A stretch of 64,000 bases of DNA from Deltaproteobacteria bacterium (GTDB lineage: Bacteria; Myxococcota; Kuafuiibacteriia; Kuafuiibacteriales; Kuafuiibacteriaceae): positions 64,001-128,000 of the forward strand of contig JAVJQW010000023.1 of assembly GCA_040218735.1 (NCBI GenBank), written 5' to 3'. Below, piece after piece: positions 47,429 through 58,263 of the stretch (its first letter is position 1; the number at the start of each line of letters is the position of its first letter). The notes below the pieces were generated by a model. That model was not told the origin of the DNA. It was given only the letters and a program-made list of their open reading frames with translations, and searched no databases. Position numbers and translations under genes: made by a program.

Positions 47429-48684
47429 AACGAAGCCTGCTGTCGGCCGCCCTCACGTTGTGTTGCGTCGCGGCCCCGGTCGTGGCGCGCGCCGACGACG
47501 AAGCCGAACCGCGCGAGGTCCCGGAGGCGCTGCTCCTGTACCTCTCGGCCGCGGAGAAGTCGCTCGCCGCCAACAAACCGAAGGAGGCGCTGGCTTATCT
47601 GCTGAAATACGACGGCGAGGACGACGCCCTCCGTCAGCTGCTGATCGGCCACGCGCGCTACGCGCTGCGCGACTACCGGCGAGCGGAGGGTGCGTACAAG
47701 AAGGCGCTCGACCTGGACGGAGCGCTCAAACCCGCCGCCCTCGGGCTCGCGCGTTCCTACGTCGAGCGTCAGGTGTGGCCGGCGGCGGCCGAGGTGCTCG
47801 GGAAACACGTCGACGTCGGCGCCGACCCGGCGCCGTACGTCGGGCTCTACGCGCGCGTCGCGTACGAGATGGGTGACCACCGACTCGCGACCGTGTTGAT
47901 CGAACGCGGCATCGTTCGGTTCCCGAGCGATCAGATCTTCCGCCGCCTCGATGTGGCGCTCCAGATCGAACGCCGCGACTGGCCGCGGGCCTACGAAGGC
48001 GCGATGGATCTGTTGCGCAAGAGCCCGAACGACGGCACGGCGTGGCGACAGCTCGCCGCGGCGAGCCAACGCGACGGCCGCGACGGCGTCGACGAGCTCG
48101 CGACGCTCGAAGCCGCCACGATCGCCAATCCGAAGGACGAAGCGCTCCTCCGGCAGCACCTCTTCGCGCAGTACGCCGCCGGTCACTTCGACCACGCGCT
48201 GACCTCGGTGGGGCGCCTGATCAAAAACGCGGACGTGAGGACGCTCGAGCTCGCGGTGCGGATCGCGGACGCCGCCGGCGAGACCAAGCGTGGCCGCGAG
48301 TGGCTCGCGCGCATCGCAGCGAAGGATCGAAGCCGAACGGTGGAGCTGCTCGACGCACGCCTCTCCGCACGCGACGGCGACCCGGCGCAGGCGCAGCAAG
48401 CGCTCGAACGCCTCATTCAGCGCGGTGACGCCGACACGCGCGTGCTGCTCTGGGCCGGACAGATCGCGGAGTCGGCCGGAGACCTCGCGAAGGCCGAGGC
48501 GCGCTTCAGCCAAGCGCGCGACGTCGGTGGGCCGGACGTCGGCGTGGCCACGATGCACCTCGCTCGGCTCTACCACCGGCTCGAGCAATCGGACCGGGCG
48601 CTCGAGCTCCTCGCGACCTACCTCGCGGCGTACCCCGGTGACACCGCCGCGCGGCGACTGCTCGGCGCGCTTCGAACGCGCTGA
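47410..48684 (+). CDS. Periplasmic TPR protein (TtpD-like)
   Basis: Signal peptide and many TPR helices; last gene of the TonB operon. Start may be 47425. Confidence 0.82.
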   Translation: MDTRQVKRSLLSAALTLCCVAAPVVARADDEAEPREVPEALLLYLSAAEKSLAANKPKEALAYLLKYDGEDDALRQLLIGHARYALRDYRRAEGAYKKALDLDGALKPAALGLARSYVERQVWPAAAEVLGKHVDVGADPAPYVGLYARVAYEMGDHRLATVLIERGIVRFPSDQIFRRLDVALQIERRDWPRAYEGAMDLLRKSPNDGTAWRQLAAASQRDGRDGVDELATLEAATIANPKDEALLRQHLFAQYAAGHFDHALTSVGRLIKNADVRTLELAVRIADAAGETKRGREWLARIAAKDRSRTVELLDARLSARDGDPAQAQQALERLIQRGDADTRVLLWAGQIAESAGDLAKAEARFSQARDVGGPDVGVATMHLARLYHRLEQSDRALELLATYLAAYPGDTAARRLLGALRTR

Positions 48685-48695
48685 CCGCGCCCGCG

Positions 48696-49715
48696 TCAAC
48701 CGAAGATACGTTCGACGAGCGCCTCGGCGCCGCCGTCGGCGAGCGCCTCCAGGCGCGCCGTGTAGTGGCGGTAGTCCTTGTACACGCGACGCGACGCGGG
48801 GAGACGCTTCAGCTCGAAGTCGACGATGCGCGTGATCGCGAAGCGCGCCGCGGCGAGCCGCAGCTCGTGGGGGAGCGCTCGGCGCTCGGCCTTCGTCAAC
48901 GGGCGCGTGCGATCGTAGGCCTCGAGGAACGCGCGCACGCGTCCGAGGTGGAAGCGCCCGGCCGGGCCGCCCATCTGTTTGGTGGTCGGTTGCCAGCACC
49001 AGTCGTTGAGCGTGACCGCGACGTCCCAGACGAGGCGCTCGGTCGACGCCATCTCGAAGTCGATGCACCCGACGAGGTCGTCGTCGCGGAACTTCGCGTT
49101 GTCGATGAACAGGTCGCCGTGCACGGTTCCGACGGGGAGGTCGTCCAGCCGGCGCTTCTTCTGGCGGGTGATCTCGGCGGTGAGCGCGGTGACGTCGTCC
49201 GTGAAGCGCTTCGCGAGGCGCTTCTTCTGGAGTGCGCGCTGGATGCGGCGCATCTTGGCGTCGAGCGAAGCGAGGTTGAACTCGTTGTGGCGCGTCCGCA
49301 CGAAGGTCTTGGTCGACGTGTGGAGCGCGCCCGCGTAGCGGCCAATCTTCGTGACGTGGCGCGGCCGCACTTCGAAGACCCCGAGCTCACGCCCCGGCAT
49401 GTACTCGAAGAGCGAGACGTAACGACCGCGCGAAGCCCACGGCGTGAACGTCCCGCGCGCGACGTTCTTGATGAGTCGAGGGACCGCGACCCCTTGGCGA
49501 TCGAGGTGAAGGAGGAGCTCCTTCTCGTAGATCATGTCGTCGACGCGTTTCTTCTCCGTGATGCGGAGGAAGTAGCGGCGACCGTTCACCTGCACCCAGT
49601 ACGACGTGTTGATCGATCCTTCGGCGATGCCGCCGAAGTCCTCGAGGTCATCGAGGTGATAGAGAGACAAGATCGATCGGATCTGGTCTCGGTCTAGAAC
49701 GACGTGCACGGCCAC
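48696..49715 (-). CDS. thrB: Homoserine kinase type II (APH/choline-kinase fold)
   Basis: GIAEGSINTSY, VHGDLFIDNAKF, IDFE, D.AV.LNDWC, AAARFAITR. Confidence 0.82.
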   Translation of the reverse strand: MAVHVVLDRDQIRSILSLYHLDDLEDFGGIAEGSINTSYWVQVNGRRYFLRITEKKRVDDMIYEKELLLHLDRQGVAVPRLIKNVARGTFTPWASRGRYVSLFEYMPGRELGVFEVRPRHVTKIGRYAGALHTSTKTFVRTRHNEFNLASLDAKMRRIQRALQKKRLAKRFTDDVTALTAEITRQKKRRLDDLPVGTVHGDLFIDNAKFRDDDLVGCIDFEMASTERLVWDVAVTLNDWCWQPTTKQMGGPAGRFHLGRVRAFLEAYDRTRPLTKAERRALPHELRLAAARFAITRIVDFELKRLPASRRVYKDYRHYTARLEALADGGAEALVERIFG

Positions 49716-49785
49716 GGCTGGTCGTCCGACTGTAGCGCTCGCAACCGCGCGGGTCGACAACGCGCGCTCGCGTGAGGATTGGGGT

Positions 49786-50694
49786 ATGCTCGTCGGCGTG
49801 GCGGACCTGCGTCTCGGTGCTCTCCTCCTGAAGGCGCAAATCTTGTCCCCCGCTCAGCTTCAGGAGGCGGAGGCGGAGCAGATCAGGACCGGGGTTCGGC
49901 TCGGCCAGATCGTCGTGGAGCGCGGGTGGGTGCGGGAGCGCTCGTTCTACGACGCGCTCGCGAAGGCGGCGCGTATCCGGCGCCTCGATCTCGCAACCGT
50001 CCGTACGGACAGGCGGGCCATCCGCGCCGTCGATTCGATCTGGGCGCTCGACCACGGGATGGTGCCGCTGTTCGTGGACGGGGCACAGCGCACGCTGGAG
50101 GTCGCCGTCACGGATCCGACCGTGCGGGAGCCGCTCGTCGAGTTGGAGCAAAAGACCGGCCTCGCGGTCGTCCCCATCCTGGGAAGCGAAGGGGAGATCG
50201 GCCAGCTGATCCGACACCAGTTCTTCGAGGAGCCGCTCGACGGTCGCCCGGAGGCGTTGTCCGAGGCCCCCACGGAGGGCCGCCCCGCCGCCCAACCGCC
50301 GCAGAGCCCCCGCCTTCGCTCACCCCACGAGGCGGAGGCCGGTGCGCCGGCGTGGGGCAACCCGCCGAGTCACCCCACCCAGCCCCCCGCGTGGGGCAAC
50401 CCGTCCACGCAGCCGGGTCCCGCGCAGGCCGCGCAGCAGGCGCCGAACTGGGGCAACCCGTCCACGCTCGCCGGCACGAAGGCCGTGCCGGGTGCACCGT
50501 CTTGGGGCAACCCACCGACGGCTTCGGGCGCGCGTGACGCTCAGGACGCCGAGCTCCTCAACCAGCTCCGGCCGGTGTTCGAGGGGCACCAGGAGAACGC
50601 GCGCATCCTGCAGGCGGTGTTCGAGCTGTGTGTTCGTCGCGGGGTGATCACGCGCGAGGAGTACCTCCGCCGACTCGCCGCCGCGGATGACTGA
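49786..50694 (+). CDS. MshEN/GspE N-terminal domain protein without ATPase, with WGNP repeats
   Basis: RLGALLLKAQILSPAQLQEAEAEQ...RLGQIVVERGWV, VAVTDP, four PxWGNP units, C-terminal RGVITREEY. Confidence 0.82.
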   Translation: MLVGVADLRLGALLLKAQILSPAQLQEAEAEQIRTGVRLGQIVVERGWVRERSFYDALAKAARIRRLDLATVRTDRRAIRAVDSIWALDHGMVPLFVDGAQRTLEVAVTDPTVREPLVELEQKTGLAVVPILGSEGEIGQLIRHQFFEEPLDGRPEALSEAPTEGRPAAQPPQSPRLRSPHEAEAGAPAWGNPPSHPTQPPAWGNPSTQPGPAQAAQQAPNWGNPSTLAGTKAVPGAPSWGNPPTASGARDAQDAELLNQLRPVFEGHQENARILQAVFELCVRRGVITREEYLRRLAAADD

Positions 50695-50721
50695 CGCGCC
50701 CTCCCCTGCTAAGCCGGCGCG

Positions 50722-51759
50722 GTGGTCGTCGCCTTCCAGCAGCTCGTCGGACAAGACGAAGCGACGCGACGGCTGACGGCGCTCGCGAGCTCCGGTCGAG
50801 TCCCGCACGCGCTGCTGTTCATCGGTCAGAACAGCGTCGGCAAACGCACCGCCGCGCGCATCCTCGCGCAGGTGTTGCTGTGTACGGGAGATCGATCGCC
50901 GGGGACGGCGTGTGGTGTGTGCCCGGGTTGTCAGAAGTTCGAAGGTGGCAACCACGGCGACTACACCGAGGTCGCGACCGAGGAGCGCAACCTGAAGATC
51001 GCCGCGATCCGCGACGCGACCCGACAGCTCGCGCTGCGCCCCGTCGAAGGCGGCAAGAAGGTGCTGCTGATCGACGACGCCGAGAAGATGGTGTGGCAGG
51101 CGCAGAACGCGCTCCTCAAGACGCTCGAAGAGCCTCCGGGCGACGCGCACCTCATCCTCGTGACGTCACGCCTTCGTTCGATCCTCCCGACGGTCGTCTC
51201 GCGGTGTCAGCGGATCGCGTTCAAGCCGATCCCCACCGAGCGCGTGGCGCAGATGGTCGCGGAGCGCCTCGGGGTCGACGAGCGGCAAGCCATGTTGCTC
51301 GCGGCGCTCGCGTCGGGATCCCTCGGGCGTGCGGTCGAGCTCGATCCGACGGAGGTCATCGAGCGGCGCGACCAGGTCGCGGAGCTGGACGAGAAGCTGG
51401 AGCCGAACCGCGCGAAGAGCGCGATCGAAGCGCTGGAGGGAGCGTCGACGATCGCGAGCGACCGCGCCGAGCTCCTCGCGTGCCTGCCGGTGCTCGAGAC
51501 GTGGCTGCACGACCAGATGTTGATCGCCGCGGGGCCGCGCGGTCGGAGCGTGGCGAACCTGGACCGCGAGGCGGATCTGGTGCGCCTCGCCGAGCGGCGC
51601 GGGTTGCCGCGGATCCTGCGCAGGCTCGACACGGTGCTGGAGGCACGGCGCCAGCTGGAGCTCCCGTACAACTTCAACCCGCTGATGATCGCGGAGCAGA
51701 TGTGCCTGCAGCTCGCGGGGCACGTGCCATTCGAGGTCGCCGACCGGCAGGCGTTGTGA
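50722..51759 (+). CDS. holB: DNA polymerase III delta' subunit
   Basis: PHALLFIG..GK, CGVCPGC, KVLLIDDAEKM..AQNALLKTLEEPP, LPTVVSRC. Confidence 0.95.
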   Translation: MVVAFQQLVGQDEATRRLTALASSGRVPHALLFIGQNSVGKRTAARILAQVLLCTGDRSPGTACGVCPGCQKFEGGNHGDYTEVATEERNLKIAAIRDATRQLALRPVEGGKKVLLIDDAEKMVWQAQNALLKTLEEPPGDAHLILVTSRLRSILPTVVSRCQRIAFKPIPTERVAQMVAERLGVDERQAMLLAALASGSLGRAVELDPTEVIERRDQVAELDEKLEPNRAKSAIEALEGASTIASDRAELLACLPVLETWLHDQMLIAAGPRGRSVANLDREADLVRLAERRGLPRILRRLDTVLEARRQLELPYNFNPLMIAEQMCLQLAGHVPFEVADRQAL

Positions 51760-51774
51760 CACTCTCCCGCGGTC

Positions 51775-53802
51775 ATGAGCGATCGCACCATCGTCACCGC
51801 GGCGCTCCCGTACGCGAACGGGAGCATCCACATCGGGCACCTCGTCGAGTACACGATGACCGACGTGTACGTGCGGGCGCTTCGCCTCTCCGGTGAAGAC
51901 GCGTACTACATCTGCGCGGACGACACGCACGGAACCCCCATCGAGCTCAACGCACGCAAGGCGGGTGTCACGCCGGAGGAGTTCGTGGCGCGGTTTGCGG
52001 AGGAGCACGTCCGCGATCTCGAAGCGTTCGGGATCGAGTTTGCGAGCTTCTATTCGACCAACGCCCCCGAGAACAAGAAGTGGGCGGAGGAGATCTACGG
52101 GAAGCTGAAGGACGGTGGGTACGTCGAGAAGCGGACGCTGAAGCAGCTCTACGACGAGGAGGCGAAGCGGTTCCTCCCCGATCGTTTCGTGAAGGGCACG
52201 TGCCCGAACTGCAAGACGCCGGACCAGTACGGGGACGTGTGTGAGTCGTGCAAGAAGACGTACGACCCGACGGATCTGATCGACCCGTATAGCGTGATCA
52301 CCAAGACGACGCCGGTGCTGAAGGACTCGGAGCACCTGTTCGTCTCACTCGCGAAGTTCGAGGACTTCCTCCGGACGTGGTCGTCGACCGAGGGGCGCCT
52401 CCAGCCGGACGTGAAGAAGTTCATCGACACGTGGTTGGAGGGGGGCCTCGCGGACTGGTGCATCTCGCGAGACGCGCCGTACTTCGGGTTCGAGATCCCC
52501 GGCGAGCCGGGCAAGTACTTCTACGTGTGGTTGGACGCGCCGGTCGGGTACATCTCCTCGACGGAGAACTGGGCGAACACCAGCGGTCAGCCGGCGGCGG
52601 TCGACGAGGTGTGGCGGGAGAAGAAGGGGCGTGTCGTCCACGTCATCGGGAAGGACATCATCTACTTCCACACGCTCTTCTGGCCCGCGATGTTGCAGGC
52701 GGCCGGGCTGAAGACACCGGACCAAGTGCACGTGCACGGCATGTTGATGGTCGACGGCGTGAAGATGTCGAAGTCGCGCGGCACGTTCATCAACGCGGCG
52801 ACGTACCTGGAGCACCTCGATGCGATCTATCTTCGTTACTACTTCGCGTCGAAGATCGGCGCGTCGAGTGACGACATCGATCTGAACCTCGAGGAGTTCG
52901 TGAACCGCGTGAATGCGGAGCTCGTGAACACCCTCGCGAACCTGGTGTCGCGCGGGGCTTCGTTCCTCGTGAACAAACTCGGCGGCAAGTACGGGAAGCT
53001 CCCGGCGGATGCGGGTCCGCACGTCGAAGAGGTGAAGCGGCTCCTCGGTGAGGCGGAGGCGGCGTACAAGGCGTTCGATCTCGCGCGCGGCGTGCGCGCG
53101 GGTGTCGAGATCGCGGTGCTCGGCAACAAACTCTTCCAGGACGGCGCGCCGTGGAAGCTCATCAAGGAGGACGAGGCGAAGACGCTGGAGCTCGTCACGC
53201 TGTGCCTCAACATCGCGCGGGCGGCGACGGTCGCCGTCGCGCCAGCGGTGCCGATGTTCGCGGACAAGGTGTACGGGGTGCTCGGGCTCGAGGGCGCGCC
53301 GAAGTCGTTCGCGGAGGGGGCGAGCTTCGATCTGGTGGAGCGCGCGGCGGGGACGCCGGAGCGCCTCGTGGATCGCATCGACCTGAAGACGGTGAACAAG
53401 ATCGTGGATGCGTCGAAGGTCGAGGAGGCGCCGAAGGGTCCGGTGCTCCGCGAGGGCGTGGAGCCGATCGCCGAGGAGATCACGATCGACGACTTCATGA
53501 AGATCGATCTGCGCGTCGGGTTGGTGCAGAACGCCGAGCACGTCGAGGGCGCGAAGAAGCTGCTGCGCCTGACCATCGACGTCGGCGAGGATCGGCCGCG
53601 CAACGTCTTCGCGGGGATCCGCGAGGCGTACGAGCCCGAAGAGCTCATCGGGAAGAAGGTCGCCGTCGTCGCGAACCTCGCGCCGCGCAAGATGAAGTTC
53701 GGGATGAGCGAGGGCATGGTCATCGCGGCGGGGCCCGGCAAGAAGGAGATCTGGGTGTTGAACGTGCCGGACGACGCGCCGCCCGGATCGCGCATCCGCT
53801 AG
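51775..53802 (+). CDS. metG: Methionine--tRNA ligase with C-terminal tRNA-binding domain
   Basis: [13 protein letters not shown], Zn knuckle [28 protein letters not shown]. Confidence 0.98.
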   Translation: MSDRTIVTAALPYANGSIHIGHLVEYTMTDVYVRALRLSGEDAYYICADDTHGTPIELNARKAGVTPEEFVARFAEEHVRDLEAFGIEFASFYSTNAPENKKWAEEIYGKLKDGGYVEKRTLKQLYDEEAKRFLPDRFVKGTCPNCKTPDQYGDVCESCKKTYDPTDLIDPYSVITKTTPVLKDSEHLFVSLAKFEDFLRTWSSTEGRLQPDVKKFIDTWLEGGLADWCISRDAPYFGFEIPGEPGKYFYVWLDAPVGYISSTENWANTSGQPAAVDEVWREKKGRVVHVIGKDIIYFHTLFWPAMLQAAGLKTPDQVHVHGMLMVDGVKMSKSRGTFINAATYLEHLDAIYLRYYFASKIGASSDDIDLNLEEFVNRVNAELVNTLANLVSRGASFLVNKLGGKYGKLPADAGPHVEEVKRLLGEAEAAYKAFDLARGVRAGVEIAVLGNKLFQDGAPWKLIKEDEAKTLELVTLCLNIARAATVAVAPAVPMFADKVYGVLGLEGAPKSFAEGASFDLVERAAGTPERLVDRIDLKTVNKIVDASKVEEAPKGPVLREGVEPIAEEITIDDFMKIDLRVGLVQNAEHVEGAKKLLRLTIDVGEDRPRNVFAGIREAYEPEELIGKKVAVVANLAPRKMKFGMSEGMVIAAGPGKKEIWVLNVPDDAPPGSRIR

Positions 53803-54773
53803 TGGCCGAAGAGGCACCCATCGCGGAGCGCGTCCGCAGCGGTTCGGCCGAAGCCCGCCTCGAGGCGCTCCTCGCGGCGATGGAGCAACCGCCCGACGAA
53901 GCGCTCGTCGCGGCGGTGACCGCCACCCTCGACGACGAACACCCCGGGCTCCGACAGGCGGCGCTCGAAGCGGTCGGTCGCTTCGCGACGTTCGGGGGCC
54001 ACACGTTCGAGCTCGCGGTCCTCGAACGCGCGGTGCAGCTCACGATGGACGACAGCGCGCGCGTGCGCGCCGAGGCGGCGTCGACACTCGCGCAGCTTCA
54101 CGACGATTTGGACCACGCGCCTCGCCTCCAAGCGCTCCGGCGACTGCTGCGCGACGACGAGCCTGGCGTCCGACAGGAAGCCGCCGCTGCGCTCGGCGAT
54201 CTGCGCGATGCGGAGGCAGCGGATGCGCTCGCAGAGCGACTGGAGGACTCCGACGCGGGCGTGCGCTTCGAGGCCGCGTTTGCGCTGGCGGGGCTCCGCG
54301 ACGCACGCGCCCGACCGCACCTCGAGGGCGCGCTTCGCCAGACGCGGGTTCGACTCGACGCGATGAAGGCGTTGGGGATGCTCGGCGACGAAGCTTCGAT
54401 CGATCCTCTCGAGCGATTCGCGTCGCGGTGGTTCCTGGGCTGGGCGGATCGCCTGACGGCGTACGCAACGCTCTACCGGCTGGGGCGCCGTGGCTACGCC
54501 GAGAAGATCCTCGCGCGGACGTCATCGCGCAACGTCCAGGAGCGCACGTACGCGGTCGCGCTGATCGGATCGCACACGATCGAAGAGGGCGCGACGTTGT
54601 TGGTCACGTTGGCCGAGGACCCGGCGGCGCCCCTACGCGAGACGGCGATCGATGCGCTCGGCGCTCTGGGTCGCGAGGAGCACGCCGGCGTCCTGGAGCG
54701 GATCGCCCGAGACGACTCCGCCGATCCCACGACCCGACGCGTCGCACAGGACGCGCTACTGAAGCTGAGCTAG
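53802..54773 (+). CDS. HEAT repeat protein
   Basis: GTG overlaps the metG stop; repeats D....VR.EAA.ALG. Confidence 0.87.
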   Translation: MAEEAPIAERVRSGSAEARLEALLAAMEQPPDEALVAAVTATLDDEHPGLRQAALEAVGRFATFGGHTFELAVLERAVQLTMDDSARVRAEAASTLAQLHDDLDHAPRLQALRRLLRDDEPGVRQEAAAALGDLRDAEAADALAERLEDSDAGVRFEAAFALAGLRDARARPHLEGALRQTRVRLDAMKALGMLGDEASIDPLERFASRWFLGWADRLTAYATLYRLGRRGYAEKILARTSSRNVQERTYAVALIGSHTIEEGATLLVTLAEDPAAPLRETAIDALGALGREEHAGVLERIARDDSADPTTRRVAQDALLKLS

Positions 54774-57700
54774 CGGCGACGCCGCAGGAAGATCGGCGCG
54801 AGCAACAACACCACCCACAGACCACCGCGGTCCTGCGCCGTGGCGTTGCACCCGCAGCCGCCGTCGTCGTCTCGTGTGCCGATCATGCCCCCGCCGTCCG
54901 GGCTGACGCCCGCGTCGGGCTCGTCGCCGGCGACCATCAAGATCACCGAGTCGCTCTCGTCGCCGGGTCCGGCTTCGTCGCTGTCGCTGGTGACGGAGCC
55001 CGAGAACGTGAGCGCGCCCGACGCGTCGTCGTCGACGGTGAAGTCGAAGCGCACAGGTCGGTTGCGGTCGGGGTTGAGCAGCCCGATCGTGCACGTGTCG
55101 GTGGCCGACGGATCTTCGAAGCAGCCGCGGGACTCCACGATCGTGACGCCGTCCGGCAGCGTCACCGCGACGACGACGTTGGTGGCGGCGCCCGGCCCGG
55201 CGTTGGCCGGCGTCAGCGTGAGCGTGCCGGTGTCGCCGGGCTCGGCCTCGGTCGCGTCGAGCTCGGCGACGAGCGACAGATCGACGTCCGTCGGCGGCAA
55301 GACCTGAAGCGTCACCGTACCGCTGTCGTTGGTCGTGTCGTTTCCGTCGCTCGACGTCGTGGCGACGACACTCACCGTCACCTCGGTGTCCGTCGCGACC
55401 TCGCCGCCGACGAGGACCAACGTGACGTCGGTCGCGACCGATGCGCTGACCGTGCCGAGCTCGCAGCGCGGCGCGCCGTTCGGATCGTTGTCACAACCCG
55501 CGGTGTTCATCAGGGTGAGCTCGTCGGGGAGCGTGAACGTCGCGACGACGTCGGCGGCGTCGGCCGGACCGGCTTCGACGCGGAGGTTGAACGTGGCGGC
55601 GTCGCCGGTCTCGACCGCGGCCGGGCCGGTGAGCGTCACGACGACGTCGGAGCGGATCGTCGGCGTCAGCGTCATCGTGTTCGTATTGCTCCCGGGGAGC
55701 GGGTCGACGGCGTCCGCACTCGCGGTGAGCCGCGTCGTGAAGTCGGCCGTCGCTGATCCCGCGACCATGCCCGTGAACTCGATGCGGCTCCGTTCGCCGG
55801 GGAGCATCGTGCCGAGGCCGCAGGTCGGTGCGCCCGCCGGGTCCTCGTTACAACCCACCGTCGTGACCATCGTGAGCTCGGGCGGCGCGTTCAGCGCGAC
55901 GCTGACGTTCGTCGCGTCCGAGGGCCCGTTGTTCGTCACGAGCACCTCGAAGGTGACCGGACCGCCGGAGACCACCTCTTCGCGCGGCGGCACGATCCCC
56001 AGGAGCAAGTCGGATTGCGGAACGAGAGGGATCGTCCCGCCCGCGGTGTCGTTGCCCGCGTTGCCGTCCGTGTCGTTGCTCACGACGACGACGTTGAAGC
56101 TCGGGCTCCCCGTCGCACCGGAGGGGACGTCGTCGGTGATCGTGAACTGCGTCGAGCTCCCGGCCGCCGACGGCGCGTTGGCCAACGTGCAGGTCGGGAC
56201 GCCCTGCGGGTCCTCGACACAGCCGCTCGTCACGGGGGACGTGAGCTCGGAGGGGAGCGTCGTCGTCACGACGCCGCCGCTCGACGCGGACGGGCCTTGG
56301 TTGGTGACGACGACCGTGAACACCACCGGGTCGCCGCCCGGGACGATCGTCGAAGGCGCGCTGCTCACCGCGATGGAGAGATCCGAGATGAGCTCGATGA
56401 ACCGCGTGATGCTCCCGGTGTCGTTGCCGGGGACGGACTCGGGGGAGTCGGACTGCGCCGTGCCCGAGAGCGTCACGGTTCCGGTGGTGTCGTCGTTGGT
56501 CGTGGCCACCACCGTCACGGTCTGGGAGCCCCCCGCCGGGATGTTGCCGAGCGAACAGCTCGGGACGCCGGCGGGATCCTCGGCGCAGCCGGTGGTCGTC
56601 GCGCCGGTGAAGAGCGGATCGAGCGGGAGCGCGAGCGTCGTGTTGACGGCCTCGCCGGGGCCGGCGTTGGTGACGATGACGTCGTAGCTCAGCGGCAAGC
56701 CACCTTGCGCGCTGGTCGACGACGTGACCTGCACCGAGAGATCGACCGGCTCCACGACGGGCACCATCACCGTCGCGCCGTTGTTGGTTCCGTCGGGGTC
56801 GGTCTCGGTCGTCGTCGCGTCGATGTTGAACGCGAGGAGCGCGGGGCCCGCGTAGTTGGCGGGGACGGCGTAGGTCGAGTCGATCGTCGCGGTGGTGTTC
56901 CCGTCCATGTTGCCGAGCGCGCAGGGGAACGGCGTGTTGCACCCGCCGGTGTTCGATACGAAGTTGAGCCCGGCGGGCGGCGTCGCGGTGACGTTGACGG
57001 AGGTCGCGATGTCCGGCCCGAGGTTGTCGATCTGCGAGGACAGCGTGACGGTGCCGCCGCGGAAGGTCGTGGGGGGACCGACCGCCGTGACCTGGAGGTC
57101 CGCCATACAGGCGTTCGGGTCCACGTCGACGACCACGGAGGTGCGCTCGTCGGCGCACCCCTCTGTTCCGAGCTGCCAGTCGAAGAACCAGTAGTAGTAG
57201 GTGTTGGTGGTGTTGAAGGTCTGGCCGGTGATGACCAGGTTCCCGTCGGTCGAAGTCATCGGGTAGGTCACGCCGGAGTTGATGCGGAAGACGGTGGGCA
57301 CGGTCCCGAGGAGATCGAGCACGTACCCCGTGCCCGGCGGGATGGTGAAGTTGAGCGGAATCGTCACGGCGCCCGCGGCCGGCGCGACCGCGTTCGCAGT
57401 CTGGAGGACGGTGCCGCCCTGCGGGACGCGGTCGCTCAACAACCGGACGACGACGTTGCCGGCGCCGTTGGTGTAGATCGTCACCGACGTGAGCGTGACG
57501 GTGTTGATGACGTTGAAGATCAACCCGTAGGGATCCGTGGATCGAAGATCCGGCGACAGGTATGCGCCCGTGCCCGCCGACATGTTGGGCAACCCGACCG
57601 TCGCGATGTTGTTGAGGCGTTCGACGTAGTACGTCGACATCGCCGTCAACGCGGGCGTCGTGAAGCTCGCCCCCATCGCGACCGCGGCGCCGCCGGTCGC

Positions 57701-58192
57701 GACGTTGAACCACGCGTACGCCGACGAGGGTTCGGGCCCGACCTGGATGGTGGCGGTCGTGCCGGGGCAGACCGCCGGCATGGCCACGATCGGGACGCGC
57801 CCGGGACTGATCGGGATCGACACGGCGACGTTGTCGTTCGCGGGGTTCGTGTCGTTGGGGAGCGCCGTGGTGACGTCGATGCCGACCGTGCCGCCGTTGA
57901 AGGTGTCGATCGGACCGATCGTCGCGTCGAGCGTGCCGTTGGCCGGGACGGGCCCGGCGACGGTCGCCGAGAGCATCGCCGGTGTCGCGCCGGTGATCAC
58001 GGCGCTCACCGGGACGTTCGTGATCGCGGACTGCGTCGGGTTGGTCAGCGTGACGACGACGTCCTGCTGCGAAACACCGCACGCGTCGGGCGCGGGCATG
58101 GCCACGCCGCTGACCCCGATGTCCTGAGCGTAAGTTTCGAGCGGCAGTGCGAAGACGAGCGCCGCGAATCCGAGGAGGGGAGAAGTCCGCAT
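54770..58192 (-). CDS. Large surface protein: Ig-like domains, six DUF11-type repeats and a MYXO-CTERM-like anchor
   Basis: Signal peptide; six DL...VTN.GP..A units; C-terminus GGCGC...LWVVLLLAPIFLRRRR. Confidence 0.87.
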   Translation of the reverse strand: MRTSPLLGFAALVFALPLETYAQDIGVSGVAMPAPDACGVSQQDVVVTLTNPTQSAITNVPVSAVITGATPAMLSATVAGPVPANGTLDATIGPIDTFNGGTVGIDVTTALPNDTNPANDNVAVSIPISPGRVPIVAMPAVCPGTTATIQVGPEPSSAYAWFNVATGGAAVAMGASFTTPALTAMSTYYVERLNNIATVGLPNMSAGTGAYLSPDLRSTDPYGLIFNVINTVTLTSVTIYTNGAGNVVVRLLSDRVPQGGTVLQTANAVAPAAGAVTIPLNFTIPPGTGYVLDLLGTVPTVFRINSGVTYPMTSTDGNLVITGQTFNTTNTYYYWFFDWQLGTEGCADERTSVVVDVDPNACMADLQVTAVGPPTTFRGGTVTLSSQIDNLGPDIATSVNVTATPPAGLNFVSNTGGCNTPFPCALGNMDGNTTATIDSTYAVPANYAGPALLAFNIDATTTETDPDGTNNGATVMVPVVEPVDLSVQVTSSTSAQGGLPLSYDVIVTNAGPGEAVNTTLALPLDPLFTGATTTGCAEDPAGVPSCSLGNIPAGGSQTVTVVATTNDDTTGTVTLSGTAQSDSPESVPGNDTGSITRFIELISDLSIAVSSAPSTIVPGGDPVVFTVVVTNQGPSASSGGVVTTTLPSELTSPVTSGCVEDPQGVPTCTLANAPSAAGSSTQFTITDDVPSGATGSPSFNVVVVSNDTDGNAGNDTAGGTIPLVPQSDLLLGIVPPREEVVSGGPVTFEVLVTNNGPSDATNVSVALNAPPELTMVTTVGCNEDPAGAPTCGLGTMLPGERSRIEFTGMVAGSATADFTTRLTASADAVDPLPGSNTNTMTLTPTIRSDVVVTLTGPAAVETGDAATFNLRVEAGPADAADVVATFTLPDELTLMNTAGCDNDPNGAPRCELGTVSASVATDVTLVLVGGEVATDTEVTVSVVATTSSDGNDTTNDSGTVTLQVLPPTDVDLSLVAELDATEAEPGDTGTLTLTPANAGPGAATNVVVAVTLPDGVTIVESRGCFEDPSATDTCTIGLLNPDRNRPVRFDFTVDDDASGALTFSGSVTSDSDEAGPGDESDSVILMVAGDEPDAGVSPDGGGMIGTRDDDGGCGCNATAQDRGGLWVVLLLAPIFLRRRR

Positions 58193-58263
58193 GGCGGACA
58201 GCATAAGGGGGAACGTGAGCGCACGACACGGGGCGGCGGTGCGCACATGTGGGAGGTGATCGC

